In this document: positions 1 to 11,499 of the stretch, piece by piece
Position numbering within the stretch: the first letter of the stretch is position 1
Layout: every line of letters begins with the position of its first letter
Assembly: GCF_018977255.1 (NCBI RefSeq)
Contig: NW_024704742.1
Span: 136,898,001 to 136,962,000, forward strand
Reading direction: 5' to 3'
Source: Callorhinchus milii
Lineage: Eukaryota
Length of the DNA: 64,000 bases
Program-made: the position numbers and the translations under genes
The notes under the pieces: generated by a model
What the model was told of the DNA's origin: nothing
The model's database searches: none
The model's input: the letters and a program-made list of their open reading frames with translations, nothing else

Positions 1-97
1 AACTTACTGAATGAAGCTAGCAGGTTTCTGTACTCGAAACAGATTCAGGAGGTCATTCAGTCTGTTCAAGCCCATTTCTTCATGATGGATCTATCAA

Positions 98-385
98 TAA
101 TAATAATACTTACATTTGGTATAATGCCTTATCACATCATTGAGACATATCAGTGCTTCACAGGGATTACTGTGACTGTAAATTTAGAAGTGAATGCGGT
201 GGCCAATTTGTGAACAGCAATGTCCCACAACCAACCATGAAGTGAATGACAACCTTTATCTAAGGGATGTTGGCCATAGCACTGAGAGAAACTCCCTTCT
301 CTTTCTGAGTATTGTCATGGGATCTTTAATGTCCACCTGAACAAAACATTTGTCTCATCCAAAGATGGCACATCTTTGGCACGTT
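98..385 (-). mobile_element. Old DeuSINE (SacSINE1-like) relic
   Basis: Reverse-oriented Deu-like core (GCCAATTTGTGAACAGCAATGTCCCACAA), CATGGGATCTTTAATGTCCACCTGAAC body motif and decayed (TAT)n tail. Confidence 0.6.
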
Positions 386-1049
386 TATGGTTAAAATATT
401 TAAACTAGGGTCCCATCTGCTTGCTTAGGTGAATTTTAAAGATCTTATGTCTCTATTGGAATAGAATTTCTTTGATATCCTAGCCAATAATCCTCCAAAT
501 AGAACTGAATGTTCGTTCATGGCTGATGTTGCTGTGCACAAACTGGGCGCCACATTCACTTACAAATACAGTTACTACATGACAGAAAAAGTACGAAGGG
601 TTTTGGTGACATCAACATTATACATACTGTATCCCACCCAGCTCGACTCCCAGCCCCAACTCAGTTGGATATCTAGCATTGCCAAGAGCTTTGTTATCTT
701 ACTGACGTGAAAGATACTGTATAAATTTAAAATTGTAATATATATAAAATGGAAGGATCGTTAATTTACGTCAATGGTTTTAGGCTAAGAACATGAGTCA
801 TCTCAAGCCTCAGATTTGTGCTTGTTCATTTTTTTCTTTCATTTCCCTCTCGTGAAATTATTTGCCACACAAAATAAAGACTTGTGAGCATTTCTAAATG
901 CTGAGAGTGCTATCTGATACAGCCCAGCAGAATCAATCACATTGTATTCCTTTGTCTTGACCGTCCAGATATGTTATCTGCTCTGGATTTCCATACAACT
1001 CCATTCTCCTGGTAAAAATAGTATTGATCAACTTAACCAGGTCCCGAGG

Positions 1050-1370
1050 ACAGTGAAACATAGCACACGAGTAGGCTATTCAGACTTTCAAGTCTGTTCC
1101 ATCATTCTATAAGATAACGGTTGATCTGTACCTCAAGTCCAGTTACCCGCCCTTGCCCCATATCCCTTAATACCTTGACCTAACAAATATCTATCTATCT
1201 CCGTCTTGAAAATGTGAATGGATCCAGCAGCCACCAGTTTGGGGGAGTAATTGCAGGTTTCCATGACCCTTTGGCTGAAAAAACACCTCCTAATTTTATT
1301 CCTAAATGGCCTAGTTCTAATTTTAAGATTACTCCACCTTGTTCTGTATTCCACTACCAGAGGAAATAGT
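1050..1370 (-). mobile_element. CR1 LINE 3' end fragment
   Basis: Translation KIRTRPFRNKIRRCFFSQRV...SIHIFKTEIDRYLLGQGIKGYG matches the CR1 ORF2 C-terminus, followed by CR1-type 3' UTR. Confidence 0.8.
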
Positions 1371-1479
1371 GAAGCTGCTGCTGAAACCTCATGGAAATCT
1401 GCCCTAACATGCGAAGTGCAGAGATCTGAATTAGAGAATCTGATCATCATCTGAATTTGATCTGAAGACTAATAGTAAT

Positions 1480-1900
1480 TATTGAACTCGATACAGCGCC
1501 TTATCGCATTGTTTATTCTAAAAGTGCTTTACTGACAACAATGCTAACCCCACTTACTAAACCGAACCCTAACTAACTATTCAATATAAAGTGATGTGAC
1601 TGTGTGCAGCCAATTGGCACACTGCAATTTCCCACAGTCATGGAGTGAATGACCAATTTTATCTGGGGGATTGTGGCCAGGTCACCAGGAGAAACACCCT
1701 TCGCTTTTTGAATAGTGCCATGGGATCTTTGATGTCCACCGGGACAGGCTTAATATCTCAATTGCAGGACAGTACCTCTGACAATGCAGCATTACCCCCC
1801 CCCCCGCACTGTATTACTGTGTCAGTGTAGATTATATGGTTCCCAAATTCTGATGTGCGGCTTGAACGCACAACCTTCTGTCTCAGAGGTAAGTGCACTA
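1480..1900 (-). mobile_element. Old DeuSINE (SacSINE1-like) relic
   Basis: AATAGTGCCATGGGATCTTTGATGTCCACC body, GCAGCCAATTGGCACAC Deu-like core, and tRNA-derived head remnant (CTTGAAC...ACCTTCTGTCTCAGAGG). Confidence 0.65.
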
Positions 1901-2485
1901 CAGATTGACACCTCGCTCTTTGAACAATTTAAAAGTAGTCAAGATTTCAGACCAAATAGTAGAAATTTGGAATCCTTTATTATTCCATATGCCACAAAAG
2001 GAGAAAGAACATTATGTAAATGAGGTAAAATCCCCATATAGTTGGGGGCTACAATTGTGCCTCAGCATCCCTTGGTTAAGGAGGAAAATAAATCAGATAG
2101 GCTTATTGTTTCTTACCACAAGCTTGCTAGAATTGTTCTGAAGTGCTACTCACATGAAGGGCACTATATAAATGCAAGTAGCCGTTAAAAGTATGGTTGT
2201 ATGTTTGACGGGAAGGCGGTGTGAATGTGAGACGAGGACAGGAATAAACTCAGCTGTGACCCTCCACACTGCAGGCAATCAGTGTCCCATTGCTCACTAT
2301 TAAAGTTCACATAGGAAGACCTTGGGCGAGGTAGCAGAGAAAGACATCCCAAGCATCCTGCAGATCAACCCCTTCCAAAAGGACGGGAGAAACAAAAGGA
2401 AAAACATGAACTGAAAAAATATTACATAAGAAAATGTACAACCAAAAACACATCTAGTTCTCTAATCTTTCTCACATTATGCTAT

Positions 2486-2787
2486 AGCCTTGCAGCTCAG
2501 TGGTTAGGGCATTCGCTTGGCAAGCAAGAGACCTGGGTTCGATTCCCGGCAGGACGAAACCTTAGGCAAGTTTTCTTACCCACACGCCTGATAATCATCC
2601 CTCAATAAAAAAAAACAATAATAAATTGGTCACTTTGATCCAAGACTTTTTGTGAGACACTGCTGTGCGCAATTGGCTGCTGCGTTACGCCCACAAAATA
2701 TACAGTTAATTCACTTTACAGTACATTCTGTGAAGCGTTTTGAGACGTCTAGAAGATATGAAAATACAAATACAAGGATTATTATTA
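2486..2787 (+). mobile_element. tRNA-Ala-derived Deu/L2-tail SINE, short form, TAGAA loop
   Basis: A box GCTCAGTGG, B box GGTTCGATTCC, Deu-like GCTGTGCGCAATTGGCTG, tail AAGGATTATTATT. Confidence 0.9.
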
Positions 2788-3399
2788 CTCTCGGGACACG
2801 TAAGTCTCATTTGTGTCATTATTTTATGCTTGTAATTGCAGAGAAAAAGAACAGCAACAGGAATCTGGATGTTAGTGAAGATAGCAAGAATTGTGGCTTG
2901 GCTGCGATGGCGCCTTTGGTGAAATAACCTGACAAACTTGCTACTGAGCCTCCCATGTTGAGAATGGCTGCCTGGGGAAGTGTGCAGTGGAGGTTGCCAA
3001 ATGGTTGAGATGTGTGAAATACAAGTCATATTTTCGCCGGTGGCCTAGTGTTGCGACTTAGAAGCTTGTGGCTTTACAGGTCTGGGTGATGAGTGGAGGT
3101 ATTTTGGATATGTTTCACCTTGCTATGCATTTACTCTTATTATAATAATAATCTTTGCATTTGATATAGTGCTTTTCATGTCTTCAAAGCGCTGCACCGA
3201 ATATATTGTAAAGTGAATTGACTGTATATTTGTGGGTGAAATATGGCAGCCAATTGCCAATTCTGTTATCTCACCATCCTGGCCCAAGGCGAAAGAGGGG
3301 TTTGGTTATTGGGTGTGCAATCATTGGCAGGAGAGCATCTCATCGTTGCAAAGCTTCAAATGCAAACATGTTTAGTTTTCTCATACTTATACTTCTCAA

Positions 3400-4165
3400 G
3401 TATAGCGTCTATCCTGATTGTTTCGCGCCAGCGCCTCTGCATCTCAGACTCTGACAACATCAAGCTCCATGGTTACACAGTACAACTCACCAAGCCTGTA
3501 AGGAATCTAGGTATCTTGTTCGACCCTCAACTATCTTTTCTCCCTCACATTCAAGCGATGACTTGTTCTGCCTTCCCTCACCACCGTAACATTGCCTGAC
3601 TCTGCCACCACCTCACCCCTCAGGCCGCTGAAACTCTTGTTCATGCCTTCATCGCCTCCAGGCTCGACTATGCAAATGCTCTGCTTGTCGGCCTTCCCAA
3701 CCCCTCCCTCCACAGGCTGCAGATAATCCAGAACTCTGCAGCCCGTGTCCTCTCCCGCACCAAACTCCGTGACCCCATCTCCCCCATTCTCGCCCGACTC
3801 CACTGGCTCCCTATCCTTCAGAGGATACAGTTCAAGATCCTGGTCCTCACATACAATGCCCTCCATGGCCTCGCCCCACCCTACCTCTGTGGCCTCCTAA
3901 CCCCCCACCAATCCGCCCGCTCCCTCCGCTCAGCCGGCTCTGGCCTGCTCCACGTCCCCCACCCCAACCGCTCCACCATTGGTGGGACAGCCTTCAGCCG
4001 CTCTGCCCCCAACCTCTGGAATTCCATGCCATCGGCCACCCCTCTTCCCCTCCCTTACTCCCCCAACCCCAGCTCGGGTCTGAAATGCTGTACTCTGTCC
4101 AGCACCTTGGGACGTCCTCCCGACGTGAAAGACAATATACAAATGTAATCCTGTTGTTGTTGTTA
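3400..4165 (+). mobile_element. L2 LINE 3' fragment (ORF2 C-terminus plus tail)
   Basis: VRNLGILFDPQLSFLPHI...SRLDYAN...[12 protein letters not shown]...LHWLP motifs; tail GGGACGTCCTCCCGACGTGAAAG and (TTG)n. Confidence 0.9.
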
Positions 4166-4454
4166 TCTGCTTATACTTTTCAAGTATAGCATCTTTATCT
4201 GCTTATACTTCTCAAGGATAGCGTAAGAAAGATTAGAGAAATAGATACTTTTTTTAAAATGTCGCCTGCCTCTCACTGCCTACCTGTAACTCAAACCCAG
4301 TGGCTAAACACAGCATTCTCCCTGTCTGCACTGAGGTCAACATCAAAAGAGACCTCTAAAACTTTCAAAGTTGTTCTCAAGAGCACAGGAAGGTCTCTTC
4401 TTCCCCCCTCACGATGAACTAGTGGTAAGCCACAGCCCGGTCAACAAGCAAAAG

Positions 4455-4800
4455 TAATAATAATAATCCTTGCATTTGATATAGCTCCTTATCACTTCTT
4501 CGAGACATCTCAAAGCACTTCACAGAATATACTGTCGAGTGAATTACTGTATATTTTGTGGCTGAAACATGGTAGCCAATTGCAGACAGCAGTGTCCCAT
4601 AAACTATTATTATTTTTATTGAAGGGATTACTACCCCCAGAAAAGCAATCCGCCAATTGACTAACAACTGGGTTCCGACTTACTGCTAAAGCCTGTAGAG
4701 TAAGGAAACTTGCCTAACATTTCGCTCTGTATGGAAATCGAATCCTGGCCTTCTCGCTTGCAAGGCAAGTGCTCTAACCAATACGCGGCAGGACTCCATA
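4455..4800 (-). mobile_element. tRNA-Ala-derived SINE, long (older) form
   Basis: Reverse copy with the extra internal segment (GCAATCCGCCAATTGACTAACAAC...) and (TAA)n tail. Confidence 0.85.
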
Positions 4801-5629
4801 CAAGTACAGATAAAAAAAGGTTCACAGTTTGTGTTAACTATCTTAACCCATGTTACATTTGGGGCTACACTAGTCGCAATCCTTCGGAGGGAGAGAAGAA
4901 AACAAACACAGGGTTTTGCTCCTAGGCCTATTTTAAATTTTGCACAAGCTTAAAAAAATGTAAATCATTCTGTGCTCTTATTTTCTTTCACAGGATTGGT
5001 TTGCATGAAACAGATCCTTGGGCCCATCTGATCTCATCCTTCCAGAACACCTCTGTTACCGTCATCTCATCACAGCATCAAGCTGTTTTTTTTAATGTAT
5101 TGTTGGAGCTGCCATTATTCAGATAAGAAATGACGGTTCCTGTTCTACAAATGAAAGTTAATGATTCCTGCTATATTATTTCTCCTGGTGTCCTGAAATC
5201 CCATCTCATCCAAAATGCAGAATAATCATCGTTCAGCTGATTGATATATATATTCACTGATTTGCTACCATTTTGCCTACATAATGATAGTTCAAGGTAA
5301 GGTGTGTGAAGAATTTTGAGAAATTCCTGGAGGGAGGATAGCCTTAAAAGAGAACCAAGACAATTAGAACTGAGGTCAGAAAGCATTTTACAGAGGGTGT
5401 GAAGATGTGAACAGGGCCTCTCCCCAGAATGCTGCAGAGGTGGAATCAACAGGATTAGAAAGAATTAAGAGAGAGATAAAAACTTGGGTAGCAGAAGTAT
5501 CAGGGCGGTATCGTGAAAGGACAGGGAATTGGGATTAAAAAATCTGCCAAATTTTAACAAACTAGTGGAACAAGCTCATCGAGCTGGATGACTTCCTCTC
5601 ATGTTTTCCTACGTTCCTATGTTATTATC

Positions 5630-5975
5630 AGCCTGGAGCAGTGGAAGCTTCCGAATCAGAAGGTTGTGGGTTCAAGTCCCACATAGTCTAAACTGACACT
5701 CCAATGCAATTCTGGGGTGTGTTGCATTGTCAGAGATGCTGTCCTACAGATGAGACGTTAAACCAAGGTATCTTCTGTAGATCCCATCGAACTATGCAGA
5801 AAGAGAAGGGAGTTTTCCCTACTGTTCTAGCCCACAATTCCCAAAATAAAAATTGGTCACCCAATCTTTGACTGCGTGTGGGACATTACTGTATTCAGGC
5901 ACAAAATACAGTCAATCCACTTTATATTATATTCTGTAGCACTTGGGAGACATCTTGACGACATGATAAGAACAG
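5630..5975 (+). mobile_element. Old DeuSINE (SacSINE1-like) relic
   Basis: TCAGAAGGTTGTGGGTTCAAGTCCC head, GATGAGACGTTAAACC body, Deu-like and tail remnants. Confidence 0.65.
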
Positions 5976-6169
5976 CAGCTATCCCACAGCACTGGGCAGT
6001 GCTAGCCTAGACACAGTTCAAAGTCCTGATTGTGGGGCTTGAAGTTATACCCCTCTAAATCAAGAGGAAAGAGTACTACCAGTTGAGCCAGACTGACACC
6101 TAAATTGCAAGCGTGTGGTATGTGTGGCTGTTATTCCCATCCTGTCAAATAATGACATTCACAAGTGAT

Positions 6170-6288
6170 ACACACACACACACACACACACACTCACTAA
6201 CAAATATTTACATATATATTGTCCCGTTCATGTCATGAGGACATCTCCAAACGCTTATCCCGTTCATGTCATGAGGACATCTCCAAAC
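6170..6288. repeat. (CA)n microsatellite followed by a 36-bp tandem duplication
   Basis: CA run ~6170-6193; TCCCGTTCATGTCATGAGGACATCTCCAAAC starts at 6222 and at 6258. Confidence 0.9.
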
Positions 6289-6995
6289 ACAATTGAGAGT
6301 AGCTATTTTGATGAGAAAAATGAAAGAACTTGCATTTTGTACCGTTTTCCTCGATACGTTAAAATCCTCATGATGTGAAAGGCACAATATTAAAGATTTT
6401 TTTTATTGCCAAGCGGCTCAAAGCGCTCTGCAATAATTACTGTCAGACACAGTGACCCTTTTTTTTAAGGCAGCTGCGGGAGCCAGTTTTGTGCACATCA
6501 AGATCCTAGAAAACAATCAATGAATCCAGAGAAAGTTCCATCCCATTTGGGATAGTGCCACAGTGTTGTTAACATCCACCTGAAGAACAGGAAGACAGGA
6601 CGTTAGTTTGACGTCTCAGCAAAGGGCGGCGTCTTTGACACTGACCGCCCCCTCGGCACCGCACTGGAATGTGAGCTCAACTGCTAACGTGGGATTTCAC
6701 AAAAATGATTTGGATGAGGAAGGCCATTCGGTCGATCCAACAGCATCTTATCAGCCCATCTTATTGTGCCTCCATCACAACACCAGACCAACCCCACTCC
6801 ATGGTACTGTATCCACTGCCAACTAAGCCAAGTTCAGGGCGGGAGGATCTCCCATTGCCCCCCAAGGATGGAGTTATCCACTCAGAACTGGTGATACCCA
6901 GAGAGCCCAAACCCCGTAACAGTCAGTGCTGCAGAGGGGGAAAGGGAAGCAATAGGAAAACAACCCCGAGCTGGGGGTGCAATAAACAGAAATCT

Positions 6996-7333
6996 GCCCC
7001 CCCTCACCTCCCTCCCCCTCCTCTCCCTCCCCTCACCTCCCTCCCCTCCCCTCAACCCTCCTCTCCCTCCCCCTCCTCTCTCTCCCCCCTCCCCTCACCC
7101 CTCCCTCCCCTCACCCCTCCCTCCCCTCACCCCTCCCTCCCCCTCCTCTCACCTCCCTCCCCCTCCCTCCCTCCTCTCCCTCCCCTCACTCCCCCTCACC
7201 TCCCTTCCCCCCCCTCCCCTCACCTCCCTTCCCCCCCCCTCCCCCTCACCCTCCCCTCACCTCCCTCCCCCCCCTCCCTCCCCTCACCCCTCCTCTCCCT
7301 CCCCCCCCCCCTCCCCTCACCCCTCCCCCCCCT
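6996..7333. repeat. C-rich low-complexity tract (CCCT/CCCTCA units)
   Basis: ~340 bp almost entirely C/T with scattered A. Confidence 0.95.
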
Positions 7334-7815
7334 GTTCCGGGCTATTAAACTGCACCGCACCCAACCCCCCGGTGGATTGGATACCTTAACGTGGGCACTC
7401 GTGGCGTCGGGAGGAAACTGCGGCCACACAGTGCAGTGCGCGGTCAGGAAGAGATGGGCTTTGGGAACTGCGGGTCACGTGGCAGATGTCGGTCAGAGAG
7501 AGAGAGAGAGAGGAGAGAGGAGAGAGAGAGGAGAGAAGGAGAGAGAGAGGGGAAAAAAACGCCTTAAAGGCGCTCAAAGCAGTTGTCTCCCTCTCCTCCT
7601 CCGCCCGGAGCTGTCACACGGTAACTCACGGCGGGGGGGCGGGGGGGGGGGGGGTCTGCACGGCCCGGACCGGACATCACATCACATCAGATCAGATCCC
7701 GGGGAAGGAGTGGAAGCGATGTGACTCACAGCCGCACCCGCGCCCCTCCCGTCAGGGACTCGGCCGTCGCTGCAATCTTCGACCCCATTAGAGAGCACAG
7801 ACCCTCCACTAACAG

Positions 7816-8185
7816 CGACCCCCGCATTCCCGACCCCCGCATTCCCGACCCCCGCATTCCCGAGCCCCGCATTCCCGAGCCCCGCATTCCCGAGCCCCGC
7901 ATTCCCGACCCCCGCATTCCCGAGCCCCGCATTCCCGAGCCCCGCATTCCCGACCCCCGCATTCCCGACCCCCGCATTCCCGAGCCCCGCATTCCCGACC
8001 CCCGCATTCCCGAGCCCCGCATTCCCGAGCCCCGCATTCCCGACCCCCGCATTCCCGACCCCCGCATTCCCGAGCCCCGCATTCCCGACCCCGCATTCCC
8101 GACCCCCGCATTCCCGAGCCCCGCATTCCCGAGCCCCGCATTCCCGAGCCCCGCATTCCCGAGCCCCGCATTCCCGAGCCCCGCA
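7816..8185. repeat. 15-bp minisatellite (CCCCGCATTCCCGA[C/G]) x ~24
   Basis: Directly visible tandem array with two unit variants and one unit shortened by 1 bp near 8090. Confidence 0.97.
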
Positions 8186-8284
8186 CGCGATGCAAAATAA
8201 CGGGCGTCACAAGAATGCACGTCAACTGTGTACAGACCGGGAAGTCGGTTACAAAGGATCCGATCGGCGGTGAGAAGGAGACAG

Positions 8285-8464
8285 GGATGGAGGGGGGGGG
8301 GGGGAGGGAGGGGAGGGGGGGGGAGGGGGGAGGGAGGGGAGGGGGGGGGAGGGGGAGGGAGGGGAGGGGGGGGAGGGAGGGAGAGGGGGGGCGGGGGGGA
8401 GGGGAGGGAGAGGGGGGGGAGGGAGAGGGGGGGGGAGAGGGAGGGGGGGGAGGGAGGGGGGGGG
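8285..8464. repeat. Polypurine G-rich tract (GGGA/GGGG)
   Basis: ~180 bp nearly pure G/A. Confidence 0.95.
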
Positions 8465-8579
8465 TAGTGTCGCCTGAGAAAGGATCGGGAATAACGAAGG
8501 CATTTCGGAATTGCTCGTGAAATCGTCCGATTACAGGCGATGGGATCGATGGATCGATCCCTTTGTCCCCGCGCTCTGC

Positions 8580-8957
8580 CCTCACTCCCTCACTCCCTCA
8601 CTCACTCCCTCACTCCCTCACTCACTCACACCATCGATAGCCTCTGTTCACACAATGACCAAAAACTCTAAAGTGACAATTAATAATGATCAAAGGAATA
8701 ATACCAACCGCCGCCTCCACACACACACACACACACCAAATCACTGCAATACGCAAGTTACTGTACCCCCCTCCCCTCCCCCCCTTCCCCTCTCCCCCCC
8801 CCCACACCCCCCCTCCCCTCCCCCCCTCCCCACCCCACACCACCCCCCCTTCCCCTCCCCACCCCCCACACCCCCCTTCCCCTCCCCACCCCCCACACCC
8901 CCCTTCCCCTCCCCACCCCCCACACACCCCCCCCTCCCCACCCCCCCACCCCCCCAC
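8580..8957. repeat. (CCTCACTC)n, (CA)n and C-rich ~27-bp unit repeats
   Basis: 8-bp units 8580-8628; CA run ~8718-8735; CCCCCTTCCCCTCCCCACCCCCCACAC about three times within 8843-8927. Confidence 0.9.
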
Positions 8958-9250
8958 TTCACTGCATTTCAATGCACTCTCAGTCCCAGACATCTCCAGT
9001 CAGTGGGTTTCACGGTGTATCTCTGTCGGATGTGGGTATTAAAAGGACTGGAATTCGCACACAGTCTCAGTAACAATAAACCCTCTGAACAATCAGCGCT
9101 GTTCGGATGTTACAGGACATCTTTGTTTCAAAAAAATGAACCTTTGTATCATTCCTTTATACATATATTAACAAAAGCCCCTCATGGTAACATATCGAAA
9201 CTACAGCAGTTACATTTTAACAAGCCGTTAAAAAGCGCACACAGTACTCG

Positions 9251-11482
9251 CCCAGCACAGCTCAGTCCAGCTCAGCCCAGCACAGCTCAGCCACAGCCCA
9301 GCACAGCTCAGTCCAGCTCAGCCCAGCACAGCTCAGCTCAGCCACAGCCCAGCACAGCTCAGCCCAGCACAGCTCAGCCCAGCCCAGCACAGCTCAGCCC
9401 AGCTCAGCCCAGCCACAGCCCAGCCCAGCACAGCACAGCTCAGCCACAGCCCAGCACAGCTCAGTCCAGCTCAGCCCAGCACAGCACAGCTCAGCCACAG
9501 CCCAGCACAGCTCAGCCCAGCACAGCTCAGCCCAGCACAGCTCAGCTCAGCCACAGCCCAGCACAGCTCAGCCCAGCACAGCTCAGCCCAGCCCAGCACA
9601 GCTCAGCCCAGCACAGCTCAGCCACAGCACAGCCCAGCACAGCACAGCTCAGCCACAGCCCAGCACAGCTCAGCCACAGCCCAGCACAGCTCAGCCCAGC
9701 ACAGCTCAGCCCAGCCCAGCACAGCTCAGCCACAGCCCAGCACAACCAGCCACAGCCCAGCACAGCACAGCACAACCACAGCACAACCAGCCACAGCCCA
9801 GCACAGCTCAGCACAGCACAACCACAGCACAGCACAGCACAACCACAGCACAGCTCAGCACAGCTCAGCTCAGCCACAGCCCAGCACAGCTCAGCCCAGC
9901 ACAGCACAGCCACAGCCCAGCACAGCTCAGCACAGCACAGCTCAGCCCAGCACAGCACAGCCACAGCCCAGCACAGCTCAGCACAGCACAGCTCAGCCCA
10001 GCACAGCACAGCCACAGCCCAGCACAGCTCAGCCCAGCACAGCTCAGCACAACCACAGCTCAGCCCAGCACAGCACAGCTCAGCCACAGCACAGCACAGC
10101 TCAGCCACAGCCCAACCACAGCACAGCTCAGCACAGCTCAGCCACAGCCCAGCACAGCTCAGCCACAGCTCAGCCACAGCCCAGCACAACCACAGCCCAG
10201 CACAGCTCAGCCCAGCTCAGCCCAGCACAGCTCAGCACAGCCCAGCTCAGCCCAGCCCAGCTCAGCACAACCACAGCACAGCTCAGCCACAGCCCAGCTC
10301 AGCCACAGCACAGCACAACCACAGCACAGCTCAGCCACAGCCCAGCTCAGCCACAGCCCAGCTCAGCCACAGCACAGCACAACCACAGCACAGCTCAGCC
10401 ACAGCCCAGCTCAGCCACAGCCCAGCTCAGCCACAGCACAGCACAACCACAGCACAGCTCAGCCACAGCACAGCTCAGCACAACCAGCCACAGCCCAGCA
10501 CAGCTCAGCACAGCACAACCACAGCACAGCTCAGCTCAGCACAGCACAACCACAGCACAGCTCAGCACAGCTCAGACACAGCACAGCTCAGCACAACCAG
10601 CCACAGCCCAGCTCAGCTCAGCACAGCTCAGCACAACCACAGCACAGCACAGCTCAGCCACAGCCCAGCACAGCACAACCACAGCACAGCTCAGCACAAC
10701 CAGCCACAGCCCAGCACAGCTCAGCACAGCACAGCTCAGCCACAGCCCAGCACAGCACAACCACAGCACAGCTCAGCACAGCACAACCACAGCACAGCAC
10801 AACCACAGCACAGCTCAGCACAACCAGCCACAGCCCAGCTCAGCCACAGCACAGCTCAGCACAGCCACAGCTCAGCACAGCACAACCACAGCACAACCCA
10901 GCTCAGCACAACCCAGCTCAGCACAGCCACAGCACATCTCAGCCCATCTCAGCCTCAGCACAGCCCATCTCAGCCCAGCAGCACAGCTCAGCCCAGCACA
11001 GCCACAGCCCAGCACAGCCACAGCTCAGCCCAGCACAGCCCATCTCAGCCTCAGCACAGCCACAGCTCAGCACAGCTCAGCCCAGCACAGCTCAGCCCAT
11101 CTCAGCCTCAGCACAGCCACAGCTCAGCACAGCTCAGCCCATCTCAGCCCCACAGCACAGCTCAGCCCATCTCAGCCTCAGCACAGCTCAGCCCATCTCA
11201 GCCCCACAGCACAGCTCAGCCCATCTCAGCCCCACAGCACAGCTCAGCCCATCTCAGCCTCAGCCCATCTCAGCCCAGCAGCACAGCTCAGCCACAGCAC
11301 AGCTCAGCCCATCTCAGCCTCAGCCCATCTCAGCCCAGCAGCTCAGCCCAGCAGCACAGCTCAGCCACAGCACAGCTCAGCCCATCTCAGCCTCAGCACA
11401 GCCACAGCTCAGCCCATCTCAGCCCCACAGCACAGCCCATCTCAGCCCAGCAGCTCAGCCCAGCAGCACAGCTCAGCCCATC
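9251..11482. repeat. 2.2 kb degenerate pentamer/hexamer satellite (CAGCT, CAGCC, CAGCA, CAGCCA; minus strand GAGCT/GGGCT/GTGCT)
   Basis: Directly visible; almost CpG-free, AGCT-dense, C-rich on plus strand. Confidence 0.97.
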
Positions 11483-11499
11483 CCAACAAACATCACAAC

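Larger units (their letters stand above)
7334..8640. promoter_or_regulatory. CpG-island-like promoter/first-exon domain
   Basis: CpG-dense relative to CpG-depleted flanks; E-box GTCACGTGG 7474-7482; ETS-like CGGGAAGT ~8238; minus-strand donors AAG|GTATCC (7385) and GCT|GTGAGT (7730). Confidence 0.65.

Noticed and set aside
2842..2927. Possible plus-strand terminal exon ([28 protein letters not shown])
   Set aside because: Weak acceptor, no recognisable protein, no supported upstream exon
6705..7724. 339-aa proline-rich ORF
   Set aside because: Open because of the C-rich tract and GA microsatellite; no domain recognised
7816..8185. CRISPR array (also considered for 52511-52712)
   Set aside because: No unique spacers, no cas genes, vertebrate context
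7721..8585. [15 protein letters not shown] and RECG repeat proteins
   Set aside because: Translations of the 15-bp minisatellite, open in several frames and with an internal 1-bp frameshift
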